64,000 bases of DNA from Ranitomeya imitator (Eukaryota): the NCBI RefSeq assembly GCF_032444005.1, contig NC_091282.1:831854001-831918000 (forward strand). Direction: 5' to 3'. The translations under genes were made by a program, and so were the position numbers. Below the pieces are notes generated by a model, which was not told where the DNA came from, ran no database searches, and saw only the letters and a list, made by a program, of their open reading frames with translations. Numbering within the stretch: the first letter of the stretch is position 1; every line of letters begins with the position of its first letter. Below, piece by piece: positions 52,833-64,000 of this stretch.

Positions 52833-53203
52833 AAGCTATGTGCCCACATTCCGGATTCGTGTGCGGATTTTTCCGCACCATTTTTGAAAAATCCTCAGGT
52901 AAAAAAACACTGCGTTTTACCTGCGGATTACCCACGGATTTCCTGTATTTTTGGGCAGATTTCACCTACGGATTCCTATTGAGGAGCAGGTGTAAAACGC
53001 TGTGGAATCCACACAAAGAATTGACATGCTGCGGAAAATAAACCGCAGCATTTCCGCACGGTATTTTCCGCAGCATGTGCACTGCAGATTTGGTTTTCCA
53101 TAGGTTTACATTGTACTGTACAACGCATGGAAAACAGCTGCGATTCCGCAGCAGCCAATCCGCTGATGATCTGCAGCCAAATCCGCAATGTGTGCACATA
53201 CCC
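52833..53203. mobile_element. Harbinger-type MITE
   Basis: gctatgtgcccacatt / aatgtgtgcacatacc ends; same type as 16643-17006. Confidence 0.65.
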
Positions 53204-53256
53204 ATATAGCGCTCCATCCCTCCCATGTCTCGACGTATGGCTAAACAGTATTCTAC

Positions 53257-53258
<2 letters not shown>

Positions 53259-53300
<42 letters not shown>
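53259..53300. repeat. (AT)n microsatellite
   Basis: Direct. Confidence 0.95.
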
Positions 53301-53302
<2 letters not shown>

Positions 53303-55110
53303 TATTTCTATATTCAGCAGAATTTGTGGGACAAATTTTGGTGCCATTTTACCTATTTTCCAGTGTGAAAATGTAAAACCTGGGGATAAAACAACATTTT
53401 GGTGGTAAATATGTAATTATTTTTTTCTTTACTGTCCAATGGTATAAAATTCTGCAACCCACCTGTAATTTCAATTTGATCCCTTCACTCCTAGATAAAT
53501 TCATTGAGAGGTGTAGTAGTAAAATGGTGTCTCCTATGGGGGTTCTGCTGTTCTGGCAACTCAGGGGCTCTGCCAATGTGACATGGCACCCTCAAACCAG
53601 TCCAGCAAAATCTTAACTCCAATATGGCGCTTCTTCGCTTTTGACCTTCTCAGCTTTGCACTTTGCCTCAGAGTAGTTATCGACCATAAATGGAGTATTG
53701 GCATACTCAGGAGAAATTGCACAACAAATGTTGGGGTCCATTTTCTCCATGGGAAAACAATTGGGGGCTAAACTAAAATTTTTGTGGGAAAAAAGTGATT
53801 TTATTTATTTTCACGGCTCTACGTTATAAACTTCTGTGAAGCACCTGGGGGTTCAAGGTGCTCACCACACATCTAGATACTTTCCTTGATGGGTCTAGTT
53901 TCCAAAATGGGGTCATTTGTGGGGAGTTTCGACTGTTTTGGCACATCAGGGGCTCTCCAAACGCGACATGACACCTGTAGACCTTTCCATCAAAAGCTGT
54001 GCTTTTTTTTTCATTTCTGAGCCCAGTCGTTTTTCACCACATATGGGGAATCTGCACACTCAGGAGAAATTGAACAACAAACATAGAATTCATTTTCTCT
54101 TGTTACCTTGTAAAAATAACAAAATTGGGACTAAGAGACACTTTTTGTGGGAAAAATGTGTTACTGGCTCAATCTTATAAACTTCTGAAAAGCACCTGGG
54201 GGTTCAAGGTGCTCACGACACATCTAAATAAGTTCCTTGACGTGTCTAGTTTCCAAAATGGGGCCACTTGTGGGGGTTTTCCACTGTTTAGGCAGAGCAG
54301 GGACTCTCCAAATGTGACATGGCATCCGCTAATTAATACAGCAAATTTTGCATTCAAAAACCTATATGGTGCTCCTTCCCTTCTGAGCCCTGCCATGCAC
54401 CCAAACAGTGGTTTTCCCCCACATATGGGGTATGGGCATGCTCAGGAGAAATTGCACAACAATTTTGGTGGTCCTTTTTCTCCTGTAACCCTTATGAAAA
54501 TAAAAAAGTTCGAGTCTAAAGTAATTTTTTGTGAAAAAAAATGAAATGTTTATTTTTTCCTTCCATATTGCTTCAGTTCCTGTGAAGCAAATGAAGGGGG
54601 TTAATAAACTTCTTGAATGTGGTTTTGAGTACTTGGAGGGGTACACATTTTAGAATCTAGTCACTTTTGGGTATTTTCTGTCTTATACACTCCTCTCAGT
54701 CACTTCAAATGTGAGGTGGTCCCTAAAAAATAAGGTTTTGTAAATTTTGCTGTAAAAATTAGGAATTGCTAGTCAACGTTTAACCCTTATAACTTCCTAA
54801 CAAAAAAAATGATGTTTCCAAAATTGTGCTGATGTAAAGTAGACATGTGGGAAATGTTATTTATTAACAATTTTGTGTGACATAACTCTGATTTAAGGGC
54901 ATGAAAATTAGAAGTTTGAAAATTGCAAAATGTTTAACATTTTGGCCAAATTTCAGTTTTTTCATAAATAAATGCATGTCAAATTGAAGAAATGTTACCG
55001 CTACCATGAAGTACAATAAAAAAAAGCAATCTCAGAATCAATGTGATCTGTTGAAGCGTTCCCGAGTTATAACTGCATAAAGTGACACTGGTCATAATTG
55101 TAAAATTTAC
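53300..55110 (-). mobile_element. Older copy of the TTAA-target / 387-bp-repeat element family
   Basis: Reverse-complement similarity to 23960-25300 (e.g. ctagtttccaaaatggg, aagcgttcccgagttataac). Boundaries are approximate. Confidence 0.65.
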
Positions 55111-55421
55111 AATTGTTTGTCAGTGATTTGAGACTGGGATGGAGGTTCCCCTTCAAACAAGACAATGACCCAAAGCATAGTGCTAAAACAACATGCAAGT
55201 GATTTAAGGGGACACGTGTACATGTTTTGGAGTGGCCTAGTCAAAGCCCTGACCTTAATCCAATTGGGAATCTGTGGTCAGACTTGAAGATTGCTGTTCA
55301 CAAGAGGAAACCATCTAACTTTAAGGAGCTGGAGCAGTGTTGCCTTGAAGAATGGGCAAAATCCCAGTGCAATATGTGGAAAGTGCATAGAGACTTTAGC
55401 AAAGTGACTTGCAGCACTTCC

Positions 55422-56984
55422 TGTTTCTTATAGTGACTGTGTGCAACTTCCTAAGGTGTCCCCTGCCAATTGCCAAGAGGCATCAGGTACTTAAGGCATT
55501 CTCACCCTTAGGGGGATGCCTGAGCAACGTATTTACTTAGTGTCTTGCTGCTGAGTTGCTAGGTCCTGCCTTGCGGTGTCTCTCATGTCAGCCACCCAGG
55601 GGGGCTTCGTATCCTGGCCTGTACCTGTGTCTCTTGTTTCAGCCACCCAGGGGGCTTCATACCCTGGTCTGAATCCTTGTTTCTGTGCCTTGTACCGTTC
55701 CTGACCCTGTCTGAACTTAGTCCTCTACTTGTTTTCGTTTGTATCCCTGTCTCTAGTCTTTCCTATTCTGCTGTGTGTTTCTGTGTGTTCACTCCTTCTG
55801 CTCTTTGCTCCACCTCCCGCAGCTCTGCTCTTTGCTCCGCCTCCTGTGCCTCTGCTCCGCCTCCTGCGGCTCTGCTCTTTGCTCCGCCTCCTGCGGCTCT
55901 GCTCTTTGCTCTGCCTTCTGCGGCTCTGCTCTTTGCTCCGCCCCCTGCGGCTCTGCTCTTTGCTCCGCCTCCTGCGGCTCTGCTCTTTGCTCCTCTGATT
56001 CTACTCTTTGCTCCGCCTCCTGCAGCTCTGCTCTTTGCGTTACCTCCTGCGGTTCTGCTCTTTGCTCCGCCTCCTGCGGTTCTGTTCTTTGCTTTGCCTT
56101 CTGCGGCTCTGCTCTTTGCCCTCCTCCTGTGGTTCTGCCCTACTCCCATTTCACTTCCGGTGGCTCTGTCCTGCTCTCTGCATCATGCGGCTTTGCTCTG
56201 TTCTTGCTACGTGCCCTGTGTCCTTGTCCCTCCAGTCTAGTTCTCATCTGTTCCTTAATGCCTCTAGTCTGATCTGGTCCCTACCTGTTATCCCACACGT
56301 ACCTGCCTATGTTCCTGTCCTACCCGAACCAGTTCCAGTCCCACTAGCCGTGCCCGCCTGCCTACAGTAGAATGCCAGCTGTGCCCGCCTACCTGCCTAG
56401 AGTACCAGCTGTGCCCGCATGCATGCCCTCCAGAGTGTCGGCCGTGCCGCCTGCCAGAGTGTCGCCCATGCCACCCATCAGAGTTTCGGCCGTGCCGCCC
56501 GCCTGCGTGCCAGGCGTGCCCGCCTGCGTGCCAGGCGTGCCCGCCTGCCTTCCAGAGTGCCAGCCGTGCTCGCCTGCCTTCCAGAGTGCCCGCCTGTGGG
56601 CCAGCCATGCCCACCTGCCTTCCAGTGCCAGCCGTGCCCGCCTGCCTTCCAGAGTGCCAGCAGTGCCCGCCTGCCTGCCAGAGTGCCAGCCGTGACCACC
56701 AGAGTGCCAGCCGTGCCCGCCACAGTACCAGTCGTGCTCGTCCATACCTGCTCCCACCTGTTAATAGTGTTCAGTCCCTCAGTGAGATCAGCTGCCACAG
56801 CCAGACACCACCCTGGAATGGTACCTGGCAGCTACCTGCCGCACAAGTCTGACCTCACCATCAGAAGTCCCAGCGAACACCAAGGTAGCTGCTTAGTCAC
56901 ACCTCTTCTAGGTAGTCTGGTTTGTGGCACAATGGGGCCACAATCCTCTGGCTCAAGCCACACAGACAGGGCGTGAGCGTAACA
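55422..56984 (+). mobile_element. Probable solo LTR (1.56 kb) with internal 27-bp and GC-rich tandem repeats
   Basis: TGT..ACA ends flanked by CTTCC (55417-55421, 56985-56989). Repeats at 55800-56130 (gcggctctgctctttgctccgcctcct) and 56350-56740. Sits between Tc1 remnants. Confidence 0.6.
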
Positions 56985-56989
56985 CTTCC

Positions 56990-57502
56990 ATTTTCTAAAA
57001 ATTGGGCCAACAGTTGCTGTCTTCTCACCAAGCTGCTTACCTATTGTCCTTTAGCCCATTCCAGTCTTGTGCAGGTCTACAATTTTGTCCCTGGTGTCCT
57101 TAACAGCTCTTTGGTCTTGGCCATGGTAGAGAGGTTGGAGAATGATTGATTGGGTGTGTGGACAGGTGTATTTTTTTTTATACAGGTAATGAGTTAAAAT
57201 AGGTACAATTAATATAGGTAATGAGTACCGAGTTGGAGGGCTTCTTACAGAAAAATAAATGTCTAGGGGGTGCAGAATTCTTACTGGTTGATAGATGATC
57301 AAATACTTATATCATGCAATAAAATGCAATTTAATTATTTATAAATCATACAATGTGATTTTCTGTATTTTTTATTTTTTTTTAGATTTTTATCTCTCAT
57401 AGTTGAAGTGTAGCTACGATAAAAATTACAGACCTCTCCATTCTTTGTAGGTGGAGAGACTTGCAAAACTGGCAGTGTATCAAATACTTATTTTCCCCAC
57501 TG
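56990..57502 (-). mobile_element. Tc1 5' remnant
   Basis: ..QRAVKDTRDKIVDLHKTGMG and the TIR ..tatttttccccactg|TA. Confidence 0.7.
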
Positions 57503-58243
57503 TACATGCTGTCATCCCATCCACATGGAGAATACAGGGAAATTGTAACTGGGTGCACATTACACCCGATAACAATTCAACAGTCTGCAGTCTTAGACAT
57601 TGACTGGAGACTTTTCTTATGAGACCAGACAACCTTTTTAAAGGCGAAAACAAAGTTTACTAGTTAGTGCTAAGAGGAAATTTCTAAGCAAAAACAAGTA
57701 TTGCAAAAGAAGTGGATTTGAAAATGCTGCAAAAAAGTACCGTATATACTCGAGTATAAGCCGAGATTTTCAGCCCAAATTTTTGGGGTGAAAGTGCCCC
57801 TCTCGGCTTATACTCGAGTCACGGTCGGCGGGTGAGGGGGAGAGGGCACTGAGGCATACTTACCTAGTCCCGGCGATCCTGGCGCTCCCCCTGCCGTCCC
57901 ACGGTCTTCGGGTGCTGCAGTTCTTCCCCTGTACAGCGGTCACGTGGGACCGCTCATTAGAAAAATGAATATGGACTCCACTCCCATAGGGGTGGAGCCG
58001 CATATTCATTTCTCTAATCAGCGGTAACGGTGACAGTTGATAGAGGAAGAGGCTGCGGCACCGAAGACCAGCTGTCCGGGAGAAGGAGCGGGACGCCGGG
58101 TGCAGGTAAGTATGTCATATTCACCTATCCCCGTTCCAGCCGCCGGGCGCCGCTCCATCTTCCCGGCGTCTCTGCGCTCTGAATGTGCAGGTCAGAGGGC
58201 GCGATGACGCATATAGTGTGTGCGGCGCCCTCTGCCTGATCAG

Positions 58244-58282
58244 CCCCCTGAAGAAGGTGTGTTGCCGAAACGCGCGTCGGGG
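58244..58282 (+). ncRNA. Minimal type I hammerhead ribozyme
   Basis: CCCC-CTGAAGA-A-GGT(GTGTT)GCC-GAAA-CGCGCG-TC-GGGG. Stem I CCCC/GGGG, stem II GGU/GCC, palindromic stem III ACGCGCGT, GUC cleavage triplet at 58276-58278. Confidence 0.8.
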
Positions 58283-58766
58283 AGGGCGCACGGTCCCAGG
58301 GTGGGTTGATACTCCGCTACATATATACAAGGTAAGCGCCGCACCATGGCTGTACTTATGCACTTGTGTATTTGGTATCCTTGTAGCAGTGTTGCTACTT
58401 TGTAGCAGGGTCTCAGCTTGCATATGACCTATTGGTAACTGATTAACGTTATGTGACCCTGGTATAATCCTAGCACTGCTTCGTATACTATTATATATGA
58501 GCCTATGTGGCTGCGGTAGCTTCCAGCAACTTGTGTGTATTACTGGTCTACATGTACATGCGGATGTTCCCTTTTTCCTGGTCCCTTGCGCCTATGGTGG
58601 TTTCACACATCGGTGTTGTACGTGTGTACACCATGTGGCGTTCTTCCCCACCTGTTCTCTGTTTTATCTGTATTTTACTGCTTTTTGTAATAAAGATTTT
58701 TTTTACTATTTTGAATTATATTGACTTTTTGGTCGTTTTTTTCGGTCCTTGTGGATCATTTGTTTA
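58244..58766 (+). mobile_element. 523-bp hammerhead-headed insert (Penelope pLTR / retrozyme-like)
   Basis: Absent from the sibling MITE copy (39521-39545). Flanked by an 8-bp direct repeat CTGATCAG (58236-58243, 58767-58774). AATAAA at 58689 and a T-rich 3' end. Confidence 0.75.
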
Positions 58767-58861
58767 CTGATCAGTCAGAGCGAAGAGACGCCGGGACGAG
58801 ACGCCGAGAGCTGCAAGCAAGAGACGTGAGTATGGCTTTTTTTTTTTTTATTGCAGCAGCA

Positions 58862-61411
58862 ATGGCACAGCTTTCTATGGCACAGCTATGGGGCAATAAT
58901 GAACGGTGCAGAGCACTATATGGCACAGCTATGAGGCAATAATGAAAGGTGCAGAGCACTATATGGCACAGCTATGAGGCAATAATGAAAGGTGCAGAGC
59001 ACTATATGGCACAGCTATGAGGCAATAATGAACGGTGCAGAGCACTATATGGCACAGCTATGAGGCAATAATGAAAGGTGCAGAGCACTATATGGCACAG
59101 CTATGGGGCAATAATGAACAGTGCAGAGCACTATATGGCACAGCTATGAGGCAATAATGAACGGTGCAGAGCACTATATGGCACAGCTATGGGGCAATAA
59201 TGAACGGTGCAGAGCACTATATGGCACAGCTATGGGACATTAATGAACGGTGCAGAGCACTATATGGCACAGCTATGGGGCAACAATGAACGGTGCAGAG
59301 CACTATATGGCACAGCTATGGGACAAAAATGAACGGTGCAGAGCACTATATGGCACAGCTATGGGGCAATAATGAACGGTGCAGAGCACTATATGGCACA
59401 GCTATGGGGCAATAATGAACGGTGCAGTGCATTATATGGCACAGCTATGGGGCAATAATGAACGGTGCAGAGCACTATATGGCACAGCTCTGGGACAAAA
59501 ATGAACGGTGCAGAGCACTATATGGCACAGCTATGGGACAAAAATGAACGGTGCAGAGCACTATATGGCACAGCTATGGGGCAATAATGAACGGTGCAGA
59601 GCACTATATGGCACAGCTATGGGGCAATAATGAACGGTGCAGAGCACTATATGGCACAGCTATGGGGCAATAATGAACGGTGCAGTGCATTATATGGCAC
59701 AGCTATGGGGCAATAATGAACGGTGCAGAGCACTATATGGCACAGCTATGGGACAAAAATGAACGGTGCAGAGCACTATATGGCACAGCTATGGGGCAAT
59801 AATGAACGGTGCAGAGCACTATATAGCACAGCTATGGGACAAAAATGAACGGTGCAGAGCACTATATGGCACAGCTATGGGACAAAAATGAACGGTGCAG
59901 AGCACTATGTGGCACAGCTATGGGGCAATAATGAACGGTGCAGAGCACTATATGGCACAGCTATGGGGCAATAATGAACGATGCAGAGCACTATATGGCA
60001 CAGCTATGGGACAAAAATGAACAGTGCAGAGCACTATATGGCACAGCTATGGGGCAAAAATGAAAGGTGCAGAGCACTATATGGCACAGCTATGGGGCAA
60101 AAATGAAAGGTGCAGAGCACTATATGGCACAGCTATGGGACAAAAATGAAAGGTGCAGAGCACTATATGGCACAGCTATGGGACAAAAATGAAAGGTGCA
60201 GAGCACTATATGGCACAGCTATGGGGCAAAAATGAAAGGTGCAGAGCACTATATAGCACAGCTATGGGGCAATAATGAACGGTGCAGAGCACTATATTGG
60301 ACAGCTATGGGGCAATAATGAACGGTGCAGAGCACTATATGGCACAGCTATGGGGCAATAATGAACGGTGCAGAGCACTATATGGCACAGCTATGGGGCA
60401 ATAGTGAACGGTGCAGAGCACTATATGGCACAGCTATGGGGCAATAATGAACGGTGCAGAGCACTATATGGCGCAGCTATGGGCAATAATGAACGGTGCA
60501 GAGCACTATATGGCACAGCTATGGGGCAATAATGAACGGTGCAGAGCACTATATGGCACAGCTATGGGGCAATAATGAACGGTGCAGGGCACTATGTGGC
60601 ACAGCTATGGGGCAATAATGAACGGTGCAGGGCACTATGTGGCACAGCTATGGAGCAAGAATGAACAGTGCAGAGCACTATATGGCACAGCTATGGGACA
60701 AAAATGAACGGTGCAGAGCACTATATGGCACAGCTATGGGGCAATAATGAACGGTGCAGAGCACTATATGGCACAGCTATGGGACAAAAATGAACGGTGC
60801 AGAGCACTATATGGCACAGCTATGGGACAATAATGAACGGTGCAGAGCACTATATGGCACAGCTATGGGGCAATAATGAACGGTGCAGAGCACTATATGG
60901 CACAGCTATGGGGCAAAAATTAACGGTGCAGAGCACTATATGGCACAGCTATGGGGCAATAATGAACGGTGCAGAGCACTATATGGCACAGCTATGGGAC
61001 AAAAATGAACGGTGCAGAGCACTATATGGCACAGCTATGGGACAATAATGAACGGTGCAGAGCACTATATGGCACAGCTATGGGGCAATAATGAACGGTG
61101 CAGAGCACTATATGGCACAGCTATGGGGCAAAAATTAACGGTGCAGAGCACTATATGGCACAGCTATGGGGCAATAATGAACGGTGCAGAGCACTATATG
61201 GCACAGCTATGGGGCAATAATGAACAGTGCAGAGCACTATATGGCACAGCTATGGGGCAATAATGAACAGTGCAGTGCATTATATGGCACAGCTATGGGG
61301 CAATAATGAACGGCGCAGAGCACTATATGGCACAGCTATGGGACAAAAATGAACGGTGCAGAGCACTATACGGCACAGCTATGGGACAAAAATGAACGGT
61401 GCAGAGCACTA
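58862..61411 (+). repeat. 43-bp minisatellite (ATGGCACAGCTATGGGGCAATAATGAACGGTGCAGAGCACTAT)n, about 59 copies
   Basis: Direct; unit starts at 59178 and 59221, for example. Confidence 0.95.
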
Positions 61412-62158
61412 CTGGTCACAGAAGGTGCAAAAAGTGTCAGAGAACCTCCAAAAGCAGATGAGTGGAAGCATGTGACCAAAAGAAGCAAGAAGACCATGGA
61501 GAAATCACCAACCACACAACTGAAGAACCGATATCAAATCTTTGTAGAGGATGAAGATGGCACACCTAAGAATGAAGCAATACCAGCAAGCAAAAAAGAA
61601 AAGGGCACACAGCAACAAGTGACAGCAAAAAGTACAGCCAAGAAGCAACGAAGAGTGGTGGTGGTGGGAGACTCACTACTGAGAGGCACCGAAGCAGCCA
61701 TCTGCAGACCGGACATAACTGCAAGAGAAGTATGCTGCCTTCCAGGTGCGATGATCAAGGATGTGACCGATAGGATACCAAAGCTCTTCAGCTCCAAGGA
61801 CGTCCACCCATTTCTTCTGATACATGTTGGCACCAATGACACGGCAAGGAAGGACCTACCGACAATCTGCAAGGACTTTGAAGAGTTGGGGAAGAAAGTA
61901 AAGGAACTGGATGCACAGGTAGTTTTTTCTTCTATCCTTCCAGTAGACGGGCATGGCACCAGGAGATGGAACAGGATCCTTGATGCAAACAACTGGCTAA
62001 GACAATGGTGCAGACAACAAGGATTTGGATTCCTGGACCACGGTGTGAATTACTGGTATGATGGACTCCTCGCCAGAGACGGACTACACCTCAACAAACC
62101 TGGGAAACACACATTCGCCAGAAGACTCGCTACACTCATCAGGAGGGCGTTAAACTAG
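61412..62158 (+). CDS. CR1 ORF1 (SGNH/GDSL esterase domain), 5'-truncated
   Basis: RRVVVVGDSLLRG, HVGTND and DGLHLN motifs; stop at 62156-62158. The ATG at 61349 comes from the minisatellite. Confidence 0.88.
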   Translation: MVTEGAKSVREPPKADEWKHVTKRSKKTMEKSPTTQLKNRYQIFVEDEDGTPKNEAIPASKKEKGTQQQVTAKSTAKKQRRVVVVGDSLLRGTEAAICRPDITAREVCCLPGAMIKDVTDRIPKLFSSKDVHPFLLIHVGTNDTARKDLPTICKDFEELGKKVKELDAQVVFSSILPVDGHGTRRWNRILDANNWLRQWCRQQGFGFLDHGVNYWYDGLLARDGLHLNKPGKHTFARRLATLIRRALN

Positions 62159-62295
62159 AAGAAGAGGGGACGGGAAGAAAAACATTAGACTTGAACAAAG
62201 ACGACCCAGGAAAACATACTCAGAAGGGAGGTAAGAATATTTCTAAAACAATCCACAGTGAGGAGATTGGAACAAAACAAAATCCTCTAAACTGC

Positions 62296-64000
62296 ATGCT
62301 CGCAAACGCCAGAAGCCTGACAAACAAGATGGAAGAACTAGAAGCAGAAATATCTACAGGTAACTTTGACATAGTGGGAATAACCGAGACATGGTTAGAT
62401 GAAAGCTATGACTGGGCAGTTAACTTACAGGGTTACAGTCTGTTTAGAAAGGATCGTAAAAATCGGAGAGGAGGAGGGGTTTGTCTCTATGTAAAGTCTT
62501 GTCTAAAGTCCACTTTAAGGGAGGATATTAGCGAAGGGAATGAGGATGTCGAGTCCATATGGGTCGAAATTCATGGAGGGAAAAATGGTAACAAAATTCT
62601 CATTGGGGTCTGTTACAAACCCCCAAATATAACAGAAACCATGGAAAGTCTACTTCTAAAGCAGATAGATGAAGCTGCAACCCATAATGAGGTCCTGGTT
62701 ATGGGGGACTTTAACTACCCGGATATTAACTGGGAAACAGAAACCTGTGAAACCCATAAAGGCAACAGGTTTCTGCTAATAACCAAGAAAAATTATCTTT
62801 CACAATTGGTGCAGAATCCAACCAGAGGAGCAGCACTTTTAGACCTAATACTATCTAATAGACCTGACAGAATAACAAATCTGCAGGTGGTTGGGCATTT
62901 AGGAAATAGCGACCACAATATTGTGCAGTTTCACCTGTCTTTCACTAGGGGGACTTGTCAGGGAGTCACAAAAACATTGAACTTTAGGAAGGCAAAGTTT
63001 GAACAGCTTAGAGATGCCCTTAATCTGGTAGACTGGGACAATATCCTCAGAAATGAGAATACAGATAATAAATGGGAAATGTTTAAGAACATCCTAAATA
63101 GGCAGTGTAAGCGGTTTATACCTTCTGGGAATAAAAGGACTAGAAATAGGAAAAACCCAATGTGGCTAAACAAAGAAGTAAGACAGGCAATTAACAGTAA
63201 AAAGAAAGCATTTGCACTACTAAAGCAGGATGGCACCATTGAAGCTCTAAAAAACTATAGGGAGAAAAATACTTTATCTAAAAAACTAATTAAAGCTGCC
63301 AAAAAGGAAACAGAGAAGCACATTGCTAAGGAGAGTAAAACTAATCCCAAACTGTTCTTCAACTATATCAATAGTAAAAGAATAAAAACTGAAAATGTAG
63401 GCCCCTTAAAAAATAGTGAGGAAAGAATGGTTGTAGATGACGAGGAAAAAGCTAACATATTAAACACCTTCTTCTCCACGGTATTCACGGTGGAAAATGA
63501 AATGCTAGGTGAAATCCCAAGAAACAATGAAAACCCTATATTAAGGGTCACCAATCTAACCCAAGAAGAGGTGCGAAACCGGCTAAATAAGATTAAAATA
63601 GATAAATCTCCGGGTCCGGATGGCATACACCCACGAGTACTAAGAGAACTAAGTAATGTAATAGATAAACCATTATTTCTTATTTTTAGTGACTCTATAG
63701 CAACAGGGTCTGTTCCGCAGGACTGGCGCATAGCAAATGTGGTGCCAATATTCAAAAAGGGCTCTAAAAGTGAACCTGGAAATTATAGGCCAGTAAGTCT
63801 AACCTCTATTGTTGGTAAAATATTTGAAGGGTTTCTGAGGGATGTTATTCTGGATTATCTCAATGAGAATAACTGTTTAACTCCATATCAGCATGGGTTT
63901 ATGAGAAATCGCTCCTGTCAAACCAATCTAATCAGTTTTTATGAAGAGGTAAGCTATAGACTGGACCACGGTGAGTCATTGGACGTGGTATATCTCGATT
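62296..64000 (+). CDS. CR1 ORF2 (APE endonuclease + start of RT), uninterrupted to the window edge
   Basis: Manual translation gives about 568 open codons: MLANARSL..GITETW..GGGV..YKPP..GDFN..LDL..SDH..KSPGPDGIHP..NYRPVSLTS..QHGF..VVYLD. Missing from the ORF track, presumably because it has no stop in the window. Confidence 0.93.
   Translation, partial: MLANARSLTNKMEELEAEISTGNFDIVGITETWLDESYDWAVNLQGYSLFRKDRKNRRGGGVCLYVKSCLKSTLREDISEGNEDVESIWVEIHGGKNGNKILIGVCYKPPNITETMESLLLKQIDEAATHNEVLVMGDFNYPDINWETETCETHKGNRFLLITKKNYLSQLVQNPTRGAALLDLILSNRPDRITNLQVVGHLGNSDHNIVQFHLSFTRGTCQGVTKTLNFRKAKFEQLRDALNLVDWDNILRNENTDNKWEMFKNILNRQCKRFIPSGNKRTRNRKNPMWLNKEVRQAINSKKKAFALLKQDGTIEALKNYREKNTLSKKLIKAAKKETEKHIAKESKTNPKLFFNYINSKRIKTENVGPLKNSEERMVVDDEEKANILNTFFSTVFTVENEMLGEIPRNNENPILRVTNLTQEEVRNRLNKIKIDKSPGPDGIHPRVLRELSNVIDKPLFLIFSDSIATGSVPQDWRIANVVPIFKKGSKSEPGNYRPVSLTSIVGKIFEGFLRDVILDYLNENNCLTPYQHGFMRNRSCQTNLISFYEEVSYRLDHGESLDVVYLD

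Larger units (their letters stand above)
57740..61411 (+). mobile_element. CCGTA-terminal MITE, expanded copy, interrupted by a hammerhead insert and by CR1
   Basis: TA|CCGTATATACTCGAGTATAAGCCGA; colinear with 39014-39800. Confidence 0.85.

Noticed and set aside
55677-56976. Overlapping Ala/Pro/Cys-rich ORFs on both strands
   Set aside because: Tandem repeats within the solo LTR. Being open in many frames at once indicates low complexity.
58862-61411. CRISPR-like regular repeat
   Set aside because: Head-to-tail units with no unique spacers, in a eukaryotic context; it is a minisatellite.

Overview
Eukaryotic, vertebrate and very repeat-rich DNA. The repeat families (V-SINE, T2/Harbinger/hAT MITEs, Tc1, CR1, L1, L2, DIRS, Gypsy) point to an anuran frog, which is an inference. 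The only host gene I can recognise is JSRP1 (JP-45) on the minus strand. Its last three coding exons (38340-38185, 16365-16295, 10731-10096) join in phase through canonical GT-AG sites; its 5' exons were not found in the window. A second minus-strand gene may start at the left edge (ATG at 117, low confidence). The rest is a nested transposon landscape. The notable items are: a 5'-inverted (twin-priming type) L1 with a 17-bp TSD and a nested Harbinger MITE; a 523-bp TSD-flanked insert that begins exactly at a minimal hammerhead ribozyme, plus two decayed hammerheads; an internally deleted Gmr1-like Gypsy element whose gag is fused in frame to RT-RNaseH; a young CR1 with an open ORF2; a MITE family carrying a 42-43-bp minisatellite at about 3, 16 and 59 copies; and an 11.7-kb inverted TTAA-bounded nest. 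Most of the supplied ORFs are artefacts of repeats. No prokaryotic features, rRNA or CRISPR were seen. All coordinates were counted by hand and may be off by a few bases.
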